Program-made: the position numbers and the translations under genes
The notes under the pieces: model-generated
What the model saw: the letters and a program-made list of their open reading frames with translations, nothing else
The model's database searches: none
Told to the model about the DNA's origin: nothing
Virus genome (UHGV): UHGV-0388326
Length of the DNA stretch: 39,034 nucleotides
Strand: one strand, 5' to 3'
Origin: a virus
Part shown: in pieces, positions 28,440-36,706 of the stretch
Layout of the letters: every line of letters begins with the position of its first letter
Numbering within the stretch: the first letter of the stretch is position 1

Positions 28440-28454
28440 TTACCTTAAAGGTAT
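28440..28454. promoter_or_regulatory. TTACC-N5-GGTAA-like site upstream of int
   Basis: TTACCTTAAAGGTAT (one mismatch), nested between inverted GACGGTAT repeats. Confidence 0.4.
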
Positions 28455-28496
28455 ACTCTCATACCGTCATGAAAATGGTTTCTATACGGGTGAATT

Positions 28497-29747
28497 GTGC
28501 TTACCGATACAAAATTAAAAAACCTCAAGCCGCAGGACAAACTGTACAAGGTCTCCGATCGTGACGGGCTGTATGTAGCTGTGCTTACGTCAGGCACGGT
28601 CTCGTTTCGCTATGACTACCGTATCAACGGTCGCCGCGAAACACTGGTAATCGGGCAGTATGGGCGTGACGGTATCAGCCTGGCAGAAGCGCGAGAAGAA
28701 CTGATTGCTGCAAAGAAGCTGCTTAAAGCAGGTCAGTCGCCGGCTACGGCTAAACGTGACGGTATCAAAAAGATTCGTGGTGCCGAGACGTTTGCGGTAC
28801 ATACCGACAGTTATATGAAACACGTCATCTTGGCTGACAGTACCCGCGCAATGAAGCAGGCGGTGATCGACCGTGACATACTTCCGGTTCTTGGCAACAA
28901 AATGATGGCTGAAATTACCACATCGATGGTTCGTGATTTGTGTGACCGGATTGTCGAACGCGGTGGTCGGGCAACAGCAGTACAGGCCAGGGAGATCATC
29001 AGCAGCGTATACCGTCACGCCAATGACCGTGGTCATGGTTTGTTTAATCCTGCGGCTGATATTAAGCCTTCATCTATCGCCATATTTAAACCACGAGAGC
29101 GAACGCTGACACCAGAAGAAATTGGTCTTTTCTTCCGCACGCTGGATGCCATTGGTGCTATGGGCACTATGAAAATGGCTTTAAAACTGCTGCTTATCAC
29201 TATGGTTCGTAAGGGCGAATTCACCAATGCAACGTGGGATGAAATAGATTTTAAAAAATGGACATGGACAATTCCTTCAGACCGCATGAAGGGAAGCCGG
29301 GCGCATGTTATTTACCTGCCTAAACAGGCACAGGATATATTGGTCGGGTTGCAGATGTGCGCTGGTGGAAGTGAATATCTGGTTCCTGGTCGTTACAATT
29401 TCCGGAAGCCATTATCTAATGCCGCGCTGAACTCTCTGATCGACAGAACGGTGAAAATAATAAATGAAGATGGTGAGCATATTCAGGATTTTACCGTACA
29501 CGATATGCGCCGTACAGCCAGTACGTTGTTGCATGAGGCTGGTTATCCTTCAGACTGGATTGAAAAGGCTCTGGCACATGAGCAGAAAGGTGTGCGCGCC
29601 GTATATAACAAAGCGGAATACGCCAGACAGCGCGCCTACATGTTGCAGCAGTGGGCCGATATGATTGATTCCTGGATTAACGGCGAGCATACGGATCTGA
29701 TTCCGTTCTCCCCGTCGAAGTTTGAGAAGTGGATGGCGGGGGAATAA
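28497..29747 (+). CDS. int: tyrosine integrase
   Basis: 416 aa; N-terminus LTDTKLKNLKPQDKLYKVSDRDGLYV typical of P4-type integrases; C-terminal catalytic region with conserved R...HxxR...Y pattern; GTG start. Confidence 0.85.
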   Translation: MLTDTKLKNLKPQDKLYKVSDRDGLYVAVLTSGTVSFRYDYRINGRRETLVIGQYGRDGISLAEAREELIAAKKLLKAGQSPATAKRDGIKKIRGAETFAVHTDSYMKHVILADSTRAMKQAVIDRDILPVLGNKMMAEITTSMVRDLCDRIVERGGRATAVQAREIISSVYRHANDRGHGLFNPAADIKPSSIAIFKPRERTLTPEEIGLFFRTLDAIGAMGTMKMALKLLLITMVRKGEFTNATWDEIDFKKWTWTIPSDRMKGSRAHVIYLPKQAQDILVGLQMCAGGSEYLVPGRYNFRKPLSNAALNSLIDRTVKIINEDGEHIQDFTVHDMRRTASTLLHEAGYPSDWIEKALAHEQKGVRAVYNKAEYARQRAYMLQQWADMIDSWINGEHTDLIPFSPSKFEKWMAGE

Positions 29748-29750
29748 CGT

Positions 29751-29945
29751 TTAATTATTCTGCTGATTTTCTTCCATCTCGGCTTCTGCTGCCAGTGATT
29801 CAATTTTGTCTGCGAATATTGCTGACAGCGTTGCAAATTCAGCATCAGTGACAGCGGGAATTGGAACAAACCTGATCCCGCTGTGTGCAAGCATGTTTGC
29901 AGTTTCAAGGCATTTCCTTAAATCTGCTGGTGATGCCCGGTTCAT
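29751..29945 (-). CDS. hypothetical protein (64 aa), last gene of early-left operon
   Basis: ATG overlaps methyltransferase stop (ATGA); acidic C-terminus. Confidence 0.45.
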   Translation of the reverse strand: MNRASPADLRKCLETANMLAHSGIRFVPIPAVTDAEFATLSAIFADKIESLAAEAEMEENQQNN

Positions 29946-30592
29946 GCTGCACGCTCCCGCCCCTGGTTGTCTGTTGGTGACAGCGGAGCATTGCTGAATG
30001 CATTTGTTAATCTGGCAATATCCAACGCGTATCCAGGGTGTAGTTGCACTGCCGGGTCTTCGCACTGATTACCCCAAACATCGAAGCCATGAGACGACTG
30101 GCGGGCGAACAGTTCAATGCGAGAAACATCGCCTAACAATTGCACAAGTTTTTCACGAACGACATCTGGTTTTCTTGAATGCTCAAGCCGCGGTGCGGTA
30201 AATGACTGAACGATCCCTGCATTAATGCGCGGAGGTAGTTTTCCCTTTACTGCAAACAGGCAATCTTCACTATTGGCGCGAGTCATGTGACCCATACCCA
30301 TAACCAGTTTATCTGGTTGTCGACTACCACATTTTATCCACGTGAATCCCTTCATGGTCATCAGACGGAATCCCCAGGCTTCAACAACTTTTAGTGCTTC
30401 GAGTGGTTGTGTTGGCACCCACCACATGGCCAACAGACAGTTTTCATCGGCCAAATCCCACACAGGAAGGCGGCAGATATCCATCACACTCATAACCGGA
30501 TATTTAAAACCGGCACCGCGATTACCATCTGCGGCTTTGTCCCGGTATACCCAGGGTGGATCTGCATAGATTAGTGTGTATTTCTTAGTCAT
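29942..30592 (-). CDS. DNA N6-adenine methyltransferase, MT-A70-like
   Basis: 216 aa; N-terminal IYADPPW motif characteristic of MT-A70 family. Confidence 0.7.
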   Translation of the reverse strand: MTKKYTLIYADPPWVYRDKAADGNRGAGFKYPVMSVMDICRLPVWDLADENCLLAMWWVPTQPLEALKVVEAWGFRLMTMKGFTWIKCGSRQPDKLVMGMGHMTRANSEDCLFAVKGKLPPRINAGIVQSFTAPRLEHSRKPDVVREKLVQLLGDVSRIELFARQSSHGFDVWGNQCEDPAVQLHPGYALDIARLTNAFSNAPLSPTDNQGRERAA

Positions 30593-30836
30593 AAACCACC
30601 CCGCAACATCCTATACCGCTATAGTCGCCACGGCGAAGGCCGTTACTTTTTGTGATACATTGGTCCCTGCGAACCGCGATCCTTGCACGCTCAACATCAC
30701 CAGAAGCAACATCCATACACTGAAGCCAAAGGTGAGCGGCAATGCGGAACTGCCCTTTTTTCTCTCTTTCAATCGCGCGTTTTTCGATCTCTATCGCCGC
30801 AGGAGTAACGGCGACAATCTTTGACGGACTGCGCAT
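30585..30836 (-). CDS. small regulator, PerC-like (tentative)
   Basis: pattern KKGQFRIAAHLWLQCM...ERARIAVRRDQC resembles PerC-family proteins as recalled; start uncertain (30836 or 30851). Confidence 0.4.
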   Translation of the reverse strand: MRSPSKIVAVTPAAIEIEKRAIEREKKGQFRIAAHLWLQCMDVASGDVERARIAVRRDQCITKSNGLRRGDYSGIGCCGVVYD

Positions 30837-30993
30837 TGAAACCTTGTTCATGTGATATTTTTCAAGTCGGCTTAACTTTCTCACTTAATCCAACCCTCTC
30901 TGAAAATTAATGCCAGCAGATAAAGCCATGCTGAAACAGAGGCCAGGAATAAGTACCATCCTGACCATTTGCTCCAGTGCCTTAGCAGCACAC

Positions 30994-31242
30994 TCATGCT
31001 GCGTTGCTCACAGGACGATATACACGTTGCTGAACAGGAGGCTTTTTACCCTGGAACTCTGCCGGGCTTGCTGCCTGACGTTCATCAAGCCAACGCTCAA
31101 CTTCATCACGGTTCCATGCGCAGCGTTTATCGGTGATATACCAGCGTTTAGGAAATTCCCCTGCGCGCTCCATACGGTCGATAGTGCTCCATGACAGTGG
31201 CACCACCGCCAGGAGTTCCTTCTTACCTAATGCACCTTTCAT
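30994..31242 (-). CDS. AlpA-family HTH protein (excisionase/regulator-like)
   Basis: 82 aa; LSWSTIDRMERAGEFPKRWYITDKRCAWNRDEVERWL matches AlpA/Xis-like HTH pattern; GAGG RBS. Confidence 0.65.
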   Translation of the reverse strand: MKGALGKKELLAVVPLSWSTIDRMERAGEFPKRWYITDKRCAWNRDEVERWLDERQAASPAEFQGKKPPVQQRVYRPVSNAA

Positions 31243-31291
31243 AAATACCTCTCTTGGTTGCAGTGCGGCGCGCGTGGCGCCGCGGTGGTGG

Positions 31292-32233
31292 TTACATAGA
31301 TGTTTCGTTTAATTCTTCCCGACGAACGCTGTAAACGTCGGTGGCTTTTGCCAGCAGTTCGTCATCATCTGAAAGTTTTTGTGCAATGTATTTGTAAGCC
31401 TTATCCAGTTCGGAGACAGTGCTGTAATTCATCGCTGCGCTGGTAAAGGCCATCAGCATTTCTTCTGGATCACGGCTATCCGCTTTACGAGTTTGCTCAT
31501 CAGGCTTTTTCACTGGTTTAGCGTTGATCAGACTGTTCATTCCCGCAGCAGTGGTCGTTTGCGGAGTAATGTCTCGCTCAACGCGCGGTGCCGTTTCCTG
31601 TAACTCGTCTGGTGTGTAGACGCCCATGATTACGTCAGGACAGTGCAAGCGAGACCAGCGTTTTGTCGCAAGGTATGCGAGTTGTTGTTTCGGATCACTG
31701 GCCCAAAGTGTGGAGTTTCTTACCTGTGCTTGAGACAGCATTAACTCAAGCACTCGAGGTTGATCCTCGCCCTTCATGGTTGCCCATACGCGAACACCGC
31801 AGCCTTCTTCGTCTTTTAGAGTCCAGCCTGGTGCGATATATGGATTGCCGTTTTTGGATGTTTTCTCAACAAACTTACCGATCACGCGTTCCCACGGCCC
31901 GAACCACTCGTAGTTGATGCGATCTTTTGTTGGCGACATCGTTGAGATAACTGCGTTTACTAATTGGGCTTCATAACCTAGCGTGCCGTTCACAACATGG
32001 GTTTTCTGAGCCACGGCAAACGGGTTCATTCCCCACTGCGCAGCCTGCATTGCCACGGCCATGCAATCAGCTGGTTTCCCGGCGAGGTGCGCCGGTACCG
32101 TTACGCGGCTTTGCGCCATTACCTCGGCGAATTTCATCAGTTGGTTCAAGCCGTCTGGGCTGAAAATAGTTGCAGCAGTTCCAGCGATTGCTGTGTCTAC
32201 TGGTGCGTTGATGTTTGCGATGTCGTTGCTCAT
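31292..32233 (-). CDS. single-strand annealing protein (RecT/Red-beta superfamily, tentative)
   Basis: about 313 aa directly downstream of exonuclease gene with ATGA overlap; weak resemblance to Bet/RecT core. Confidence 0.5.
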   Translation of the reverse strand: MSNDIANINAPVDTAIAGTAATIFSPDGLNQLMKFAEVMAQSRVTVPAHLAGKPADCMAVAMQAAQWGMNPFAVAQKTHVVNGTLGYEAQLVNAVISTMSPTKDRINYEWFGPWERVIGKFVEKTSKNGNPYIAPGWTLKDEEGCGVRVWATMKGEDQPRVLELMLSQAQVRNSTLWASDPKQQLAYLATKRWSRLHCPDVIMGVYTPDELQETAPRVERDITPQTTTAAGMNSLINAKPVKKPDEQTRKADSRDPEEMLMAFTSAAMNYSTVSELDKAYKYIAQKLSDDDELLAKATDVYSVRREELNETSM

Positions 32234-33051
32234 ATGTACATATCCTGTTTGCGTGCCCACTCAGGGCGTTTAATGATTTCCACACCGCCCCATTCATCAT
32301 TTATGCGGCATTCGTGATAGGTATTCAGATCCCGGCGGAACAGAGCGTTCCCGGCATCGACATCCGGCGCATCCAGCTCGAACACGCGTACCGGATACCG
32401 ACCACAATCAATGCTTTCGCTCACGGCAAGAAAGAAAAAACCATGCGGCTGACCAGTAACCCTCATTGCGCCTTCGCGGTACATTGCGTCCTGCACGTGG
32501 TAGCGGAATTCCTCGATGTGGCGTGCAAAACGGTCCATATCTGCAACCTTTTTTACGTCGACGATCACGTTGTGCTCGTTCAGCCATTTGTCTGGACGAA
32601 TGCGGCACAACTCACCAGTCTCTTCATCATTCCAGTACATTGATGCTTCGCAGTAACCAGGTGCTTCCAGCATCCAGCGTGCCGCCGGGTGAGCCATTGC
32701 GCTATCACGCATCAGCTCCAGTTTCCGCCACTGCTCGGCATCAAGTACCGTAATCCCCATATCCGCTACATCACGAAGAAATGCTTCTTCGTCAGCTTTA
32801 CCTTGTTTCGTCCGACGATCGAACTTCGGTGAAACAATGAAGCGTTTGTCGAATTCTCCAGGCTCCAGAAGCAGACAGTGCAATGCGGTTCCAATATCCA
32901 GTGCAGACTTTTTCTCTTCGTCTTCTGGTGCTGCCTGGACCCATTTAAGAAGCGCCGGATTCTTGGCAACCATGTCCAGTTGCGACTTACTCACGCCGTC
33001 ACCGGCGTGGTAGTCTTCGTTGCTGATGTCGAAATAAATTCCCGGTTTCAT
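32230..33051 (-). CDS. exonuclease, PD-(D/E)XK superfamily (exonuclease VIII/RecE-like)
   Basis: 273 aa; N-terminus GIYFDISNEDYHAG and downstream D...E.K pattern; paired with SSAP. Confidence 0.6.
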   Translation of the reverse strand: MKPGIYFDISNEDYHAGDGVSKSQLDMVAKNPALLKWVQAAPEDEEKKSALDIGTALHCLLLEPGEFDKRFIVSPKFDRRTKQGKADEEAFLRDVADMGITVLDAEQWRKLELMRDSAMAHPAARWMLEAPGYCEASMYWNDEETGELCRIRPDKWLNEHNVIVDVKKVADMDRFARHIEEFRYHVQDAMYREGAMRVTGQPHGFFFLAVSESIDCGRYPVRVFELDAPDVDAGNALFRRDLNTYHECRINDEWGGVEIIKRPEWARKQDMYI

Positions 33052-33347
33052 GCCGCGTCCCTCTGTCCATCAAGCTGATCCGCCAGATCCCAGCGGGCGA
33101 TAATTGCCATTGCCTCTCGCCGATAGGCATCCATCAGTTCTTCGAACTCAGGGCTGTCTTTAGCAGCCTCCAGTACTTCCTGACGAACGCCTTTGCCTGT
33201 TACAACGTCAAAAGTTGAGGACAGTTGATGAAGTCGGATGCTCTCAATCAGTTCAACTTGTCGGTCATATAGCTGTTCTGACAGGCGGTAGTCCTTGTCG
33301 AATGCCAGCATGATTTTTTGAAGATTTTTCTGCTGATTAACGTTCAT
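33048..33347 (-). CDS. hypothetical early protein
   Basis: GGGAGGG RBS before ATG 33347. Confidence 0.55.
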   Translation of the reverse strand: MNVNQQKNLQKIMLAFDKDYRLSEQLYDRQVELIESIRLHQLSSTFDVVTGKGVRQEVLEAAKDSPEFEELMDAYRREAMAIIARWDLADQLDGQRDAA

Positions 33348-33349
33348 TA

Positions 33350-33502
33350 TCAGCCCTCCCATATCTCGTTATCGTTGGCTACATCGCGAGCTTCTTTGCT
33401 GACGAAAGCCCACTTAATGCCTTCCTGTAAGGTGCGGAACTTCCAGCTCATGAATCCGCATGCAGTAACGCAGTACCAACCGTTGATGATTTTCCACTGC
33501 AT
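33350..33502 (-). CDS. small hypothetical protein (50 aa), first gene of early-left operon
   Basis: Trp-rich MQWKIINGWYC...; GAGG RBS 9 nt upstream; below ORF-track size threshold; found by manual translation. Confidence 0.35.
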   Translation of the reverse strand: MQWKIINGWYCVTACGFMSWKFRTLQEGIKWAFVSKEARDVANDNEIWEG

Positions 33503-33521
33503 AACTTGTTACCTCGGTCTG

Positions 33522-33598
33522 TTACCGTTGAGGTAATAATTATGCGTATCTGGTTTGATGTCAATAGATATGAGTTAAAAAAATTACCCGTTAGGTAA
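33522..33598. promoter_or_regulatory. OL-like region with two TTACC-N5-GGTAA operators
   Basis: 33522-33536 TTACCGTTGAGGTAA; 33584-33598 TTACCCGTTAGGTAA; between repressor terminator and early-left operon. Confidence 0.6.
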
Positions 33599-33611
33599 TC
33601 GAATAGGCAAT

Positions 33612-33634
33612 AAAAAAGCCGCCATAAGGCGGCT
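33612..33634 (-). terminator. Rho-independent terminator downstream of repressor gene
   Basis: minus strand AGCCGCC-TTAT-GGCGGCT followed by TTTTTTA. Confidence 0.65.
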
Positions 33635-33655
33635 TACTTACTGAAAAATATGATT

Positions 33656-34240
33656 TTATTGTTTGTTTTTTTCGTTCTGGTTGATGACAAATTCAATGTA
33701 ACTTTCGATCTTTGCCTTCTCTGTTTCAGGTAACAATGCGTAGCGCGAGCGGTCATAGTTGATAGTTGCAGGATCATGCGGATGAATCAGTAGTTCATAT
33801 CCGTGACGCCCGAATGCAGATGCAACATTCTCCAGGGTGGAAATGGAAACGCTGACCTCATTGTTTAACAGGCGGCTTATTGTCACCTGGGCGACGCCGG
33901 ATGCGCGGTGAAGTTTTCCCTGAGTTGAAAGGTCGCGGCTTTCACTCATCCAGCGTTCCAGGTTGTGAGCCGCCAGTTGACCAATGTCGCTTGGTCCGAC
34001 AGGCTGAAAACCTTCCTGAGAAAGCGAGCGATCGATATCAAGCCAGTTACGGGGTTTATTGGCGGCAGCTTCAATTTTTCGCGCAACCTGGTCGCCGATA
34101 ACCTTCTTGCCAAGAGCCCAGCGGTTTACCAGATTTGCCTGAGTTCCAAGTTTTTCAGCCATCCGCGTCTGAACACCATTGAATTCACGGTCGATCAAGT
34201 CGTTGAGATTTTGCCTGCGGACGTCCTGGATACTTTTCAT
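33656..34240 (-). CDS. prophage repressor candidate, tandem HTH (XRE-like) domains, no peptidase S24 domain evident
   Basis: 194 aa; HTH-like segments MAEKLGTQANLVNRWALGKK and ASGVAQVTISRLLNNEVSVSISTLENVASAFG; located between operator arrays in lambda cI position. Confidence 0.6.
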   Translation of the reverse strand: MKSIQDVRRQNLNDLIDREFNGVQTRMAEKLGTQANLVNRWALGKKVIGDQVARKIEAAANKPRNWLDIDRSLSQEGFQPVGPSDIGQLAAHNLERWMSESRDLSTQGKLHRASGVAQVTISRLLNNEVSVSISTLENVASAFGRHGYELLIHPHDPATINYDRSRYALLPETEKAKIESYIEFVINQNEKNKQ

Positions 34241-34295
34241 TTTCTGGAAAATCGCCTCATATCTGAATCAGAAGATGATTCAATTTAAAGCAATA

Positions 34296-34358
34296 TTACC
34301 CAACAGGTAAATGCACCTCATGGGTAACTATCCTTGATTTTTGTTACCTTATAGGTGA
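34296..34358. promoter_or_regulatory. OR-like region: three tandem TTACC-N5-GGTAA operators between divergent repressor and cro-like genes
   Basis: 34296-34310 TTACCCAACAGGTAA; 34313-34327 GCACCTCATGGGTAA; 34344-34358 TTACCTTATAGGTGA. Confidence 0.65.
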
Positions 34359-34394
34359 ATATTTATTATCTGAAATAAATATCAGGCAATAGCT

Positions 34395-34625
34395 ATGAGC
34401 GATAACGGACATTTCGATTTCAAAAAGCACTGGCTTGCACTTACTCCGGATGAGCGTGAAGCCTTCGCACAGGAAGCCGGAACGACGAGTCACTATATCC
34501 AGACTCACTTAACAGGTAAGCGCAAAATGCCAGGTAAGGTATTGATGGATGGGCTTTTTAAAGCCTGTAAATCAAGACAATGGCTGCGCTCAAAAGCAGA
34601 ACTGGCATACTTCTTCTACTCATGA
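34395..34625 (+). CDS. Cro/CII-like small HTH regulator (tentative)
   Basis: 76 aa, first gene rightward of operator array; HTH-like LTPDEREAFAQEAGTTSHYIQTHLTGKRK. Confidence 0.45.
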   Translation: MSDNGHFDFKKHWLALTPDEREAFAQEAGTTSHYIQTHLTGKRKMPGKVLMDGLFKACKSRQWLRSKAELAYFFYS

Positions 34626-34647
34626 TATCCAGCCACAACCCTCTGTA

Positions 34648-34672
34648 GACCGCCATCCGGCGGTCTTTTCAT
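34648..34672 (+). terminator. tR1-like terminator after cro-like gene
   Basis: GACCGCC-ATCC-GGCGGTC followed by TTTTC. Confidence 0.6.
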
Positions 34673-34680
34673 ATCTATTC

Positions 34681-34695
34681 GTACCTCAAAGGTAA
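34681..34695. promoter_or_regulatory. TTACC-N5-GGTAA-like site
   Basis: GTACCTCAAAGGTAA (one mismatch). Confidence 0.4.
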
Positions 34696-34775
34696 TAAAA
34701 AACCAAATATGGTTGATCTTTTTTTTGTGTCAGCACAAAATAACCGTAATCCCAATACTAATAACAGGGCTTACC

Positions 34776-34976
34776 ATGGAAATCATTACACGTATTGATG
34801 CCGCAAAGCGCGGACTTAAACGCTACTACACCGGAAAAACATGTAAGCACGGACATGACAGTGAACGCTGGGTTTACAACGGACACTGTGTTGAGTGCAC
34901 CATGGAATCAAACCGTCGTATCAGGGCAGAGATTAAGCAGATCATGATTAATTCCTCCCCACAACATTCAAGCTGA
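34776..34976 (+). CDS. small Cys-rich (zinc-binding?) protein
   Basis: 66 aa; CKHGH...CVEC; ATG 34776 chosen over track start 34713. Confidence 0.45.
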   Translation: MEIITRIDAAKRGLKRYYTGKTCKHGHDSERWVYNGHCVECTMESNRRIRAEIKQIMINSSPQHSS

Positions 34977-34991
34977 TAGCGGAGATTAATC

Positions 34992-35807
34992 ATGAGCAGA
35001 CATGCAACAGATTGGGCCTGGGAGACAGATCCAGGTAGCTCGTCATTAAAGCTCATACTGCTCTCGATGGCTGACAGAGCCGATGAATATAACCTCTGCT
35101 ACCCCAGCATAGAACGCCTCGTTAAAGACACTTGCCTGAATAAAAAAACCGTGCAGGCCGGACTTATATCGCTCATGAAAATGGGGCTTATTTCAGATAC
35201 CGGGGAGAGAAAGGGAGCGACAAAAAGAGTGCGGGTTTTCTCTCTTAATATAACCAAAAACGGGAACATTAAAGGCAACCGAGAGGGGGGCAATGAACCC
35301 GAAAACGGTAATGTTACCGAAAACGGGAATATACCCAAAAACGGGATGTTGAATGATCCCAAAAACGGGATGTTGAATGATCCCAAAAACGGGATCCAGA
35401 ACCAGTCATATAACCAGTCATTTAACCAAGAGAGGGAGAGCAGGACAAAAAACGGGGATTCTGTGCATCATGACCCCGGCGCAAACAACGCCGTGATGAA
35501 TAACTTTGTTCCTCCTGGTGGGTCAGGGCAATTAGGCAAATTTGTCATGCATGAACAATGGCAGCCATCAGATGACTTTCTTCGGAAAAGCTCATTGCAG
35601 GGGATCTACCTGGACAGTCTGCCAACGGCACAGGAACTTGCAGAGTTCAGAATTTACTGGATGGCTGAGGGTAAGGCATACCATCAGGCACAGTGGGAGC
35701 AGAAGCTGGCAAGGCGGCTGCAGATTAGCAGACAGAAGCAATCAACATTACCTGATAACAACGTTCCGCACTGGAACAGCCCTGAAGCATGGGAGGATTT
35801 CTTGTGA
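34992..35807 (+). CDS. replication initiator (lambda O-like role) with internal iterons
   Basis: N-terminal winged-helix-like region LKLILLSMADRADEYNLCYPSIERLVKDT; internal repeat array; followed by P-like gene. Confidence 0.6.
   Translation: MSRHATDWAWETDPGSSSLKLILLSMADRADEYNLCYPSIERLVKDTCLNKKTVQAGLISLMKMGLISDTGERKGATKRVRVFSLNITKNGNIKGNREGGNEPENGNVTENGNIPKNGMLNDPKNGMLNDPKNGIQNQSYNQSFNQERESRTKNGDSVHHDPGANNAVMNNFVPPGGSGQLGKFVMHEQWQPSDDFLRKSSLQGIYLDSLPTAQELAEFRIYWMAEGKAYHQAQWEQKLARRLQISRQKQSTLPDNNVPHWNSPEAWEDFL
35256..35393 (+). repeat. iteron array (putative ori) inside replication initiator gene
   Basis: About six copies of AAAACGG(G/T)A at roughly 20-bp spacing, including perfect tandem CCCAAAAACGGGATGTTGAATGAT x2. 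Confidence 0.6.
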
Positions 35808-36589
35808 ACAACGTTTTTACCGCGATACAAAACCGTGACGGAGAAGCCCTTTCTCGCATGTCAGGTTATGAGCATCAGTACGTCAACAATGACAATGTGG
35901 TGAACATGTCAGCAGAGAGGCTTGTTGATACCCTTTTTAAACAGCTGAAACAACTGTTTCCGGCGGCAGTGGTAACCAACCTGAAGACGCCAGAGCAGGA
36001 AGTTGCTGCAAAACAGCAGTGGATTGCTGCGTTTGCCGAAGGGGGGATCCGAACCCGTGAACAGGTTTCTGCTGGTATGCGCCACGCCCGCGCCAGTGAG
36101 TCTCCGTTCTGGCCGTCTCCAGGGCAATTTATCAAGTGGTGCAAAGACAGCAAGATGGTTCTTGGCGTCACCATTGACGATGTGATGGCGGAGTTTCACC
36201 GGTACAGCAAGGAAAAAAGTTTATATCCTGGTGGTCCCGAAAGATTCCCGTGGCGACATCCGGTTATGTACTGGGTTGTATGTGATACCCGCCGTGCAAT
36301 GTATCAGCGCCAGCTTAGCGAGATTGAGGTTGAGAAACACGCGCGCAGGCTGCTCGATGATTGGGCGAAAAAGGTGGCTTCCGGACAGCAGATACCCGAT
36401 CCGGTGATCAGCATACAGGCAAAGCCAGAACCCATGAGTACGCCTCCGGACACAGGGAGAGACGTTTACCACCCGCCAGGGCGAAGTTTCGGGTGCATGC
36501 CTAACGCCGCCACCCTGGGGGGAATAACACCGGCGCAGTGGCTGATGGAGGAATACAGGCGGGGAAAGGCGGCAGGATTTATCAAGTAA
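35789..36589 (+). CDS. replication protein P-like (helicase loader)
   Basis: segment EVAAKQQWIAAFAEGGIRTREQVSAGMRHARASESPFWPSPGQFIKWCKD closely parallels lambda P as recalled (RRQWVLAFRENGITTMEQVNAGMRVARRQNRPFLPSPGQFVAWCRE). Confidence 0.75.
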   Translation: MGGFLVNNVFTAIQNRDGEALSRMSGYEHQYVNNDNVVNMSAERLVDTLFKQLKQLFPAAVVTNLKTPEQEVAAKQQWIAAFAEGGIRTREQVSAGMRHARASESPFWPSPGQFIKWCKDSKMVLGVTIDDVMAEFHRYSKEKSLYPGGPERFPWRHPVMYWVVCDTRRAMYQRQLSEIEVEKHARRLLDDWAKKVASGQQIPDPVISIQAKPEPMSTPPDTGRDVYHPPGRSFGCMPNAATLGGITPAQWLMEEYRRGKAAGFIK

Positions 36590-36626
36590 TACCAGCGCGA
36601 TAGCGCATTTTTTTACGTCTCGATGA

Positions 36627-36703
36627 TTACCTGCTGGGTAATAAAATATTCTAAAATCTATTGATTTCGTGTCTTATGTGGTTTTTAATTACCTAAGAGG
36701 TAA
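36627..36703. promoter_or_regulatory. two TTACC-N5-GGTAA sites upstream of DUF1064 gene
   Basis: 36627-36641 TTACCTGCTGGGTAA; 36689-36703 TTACCTAAGAGGTAA overlapping the RBS, ATG at 36707. Confidence 0.5.
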
Positions 36704-36706
36704 ATC

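Larger units (their letters stand above)
28209..28470. other. candidate attP region with arm-type repeats
   Basis: GACGGTAT at 28211-28218 and 28433-28440, ACGGTAT at 28224-28230, inverted ATACCGTC at 28461-28468; 9-bp inverted repeat GGAATGATT/AATCATTCC at 28298-28333; AT-rich; adjacent to int. Confidence 0.45.

Noticed and set aside
35307-35318. GGTAATGTTACC, reverse arrangement of the operator half-sites
   Set aside because: Half-sites are in opposite order with a 2-nt spacer and lie inside the replication gene among iterons; not counted as an operator.
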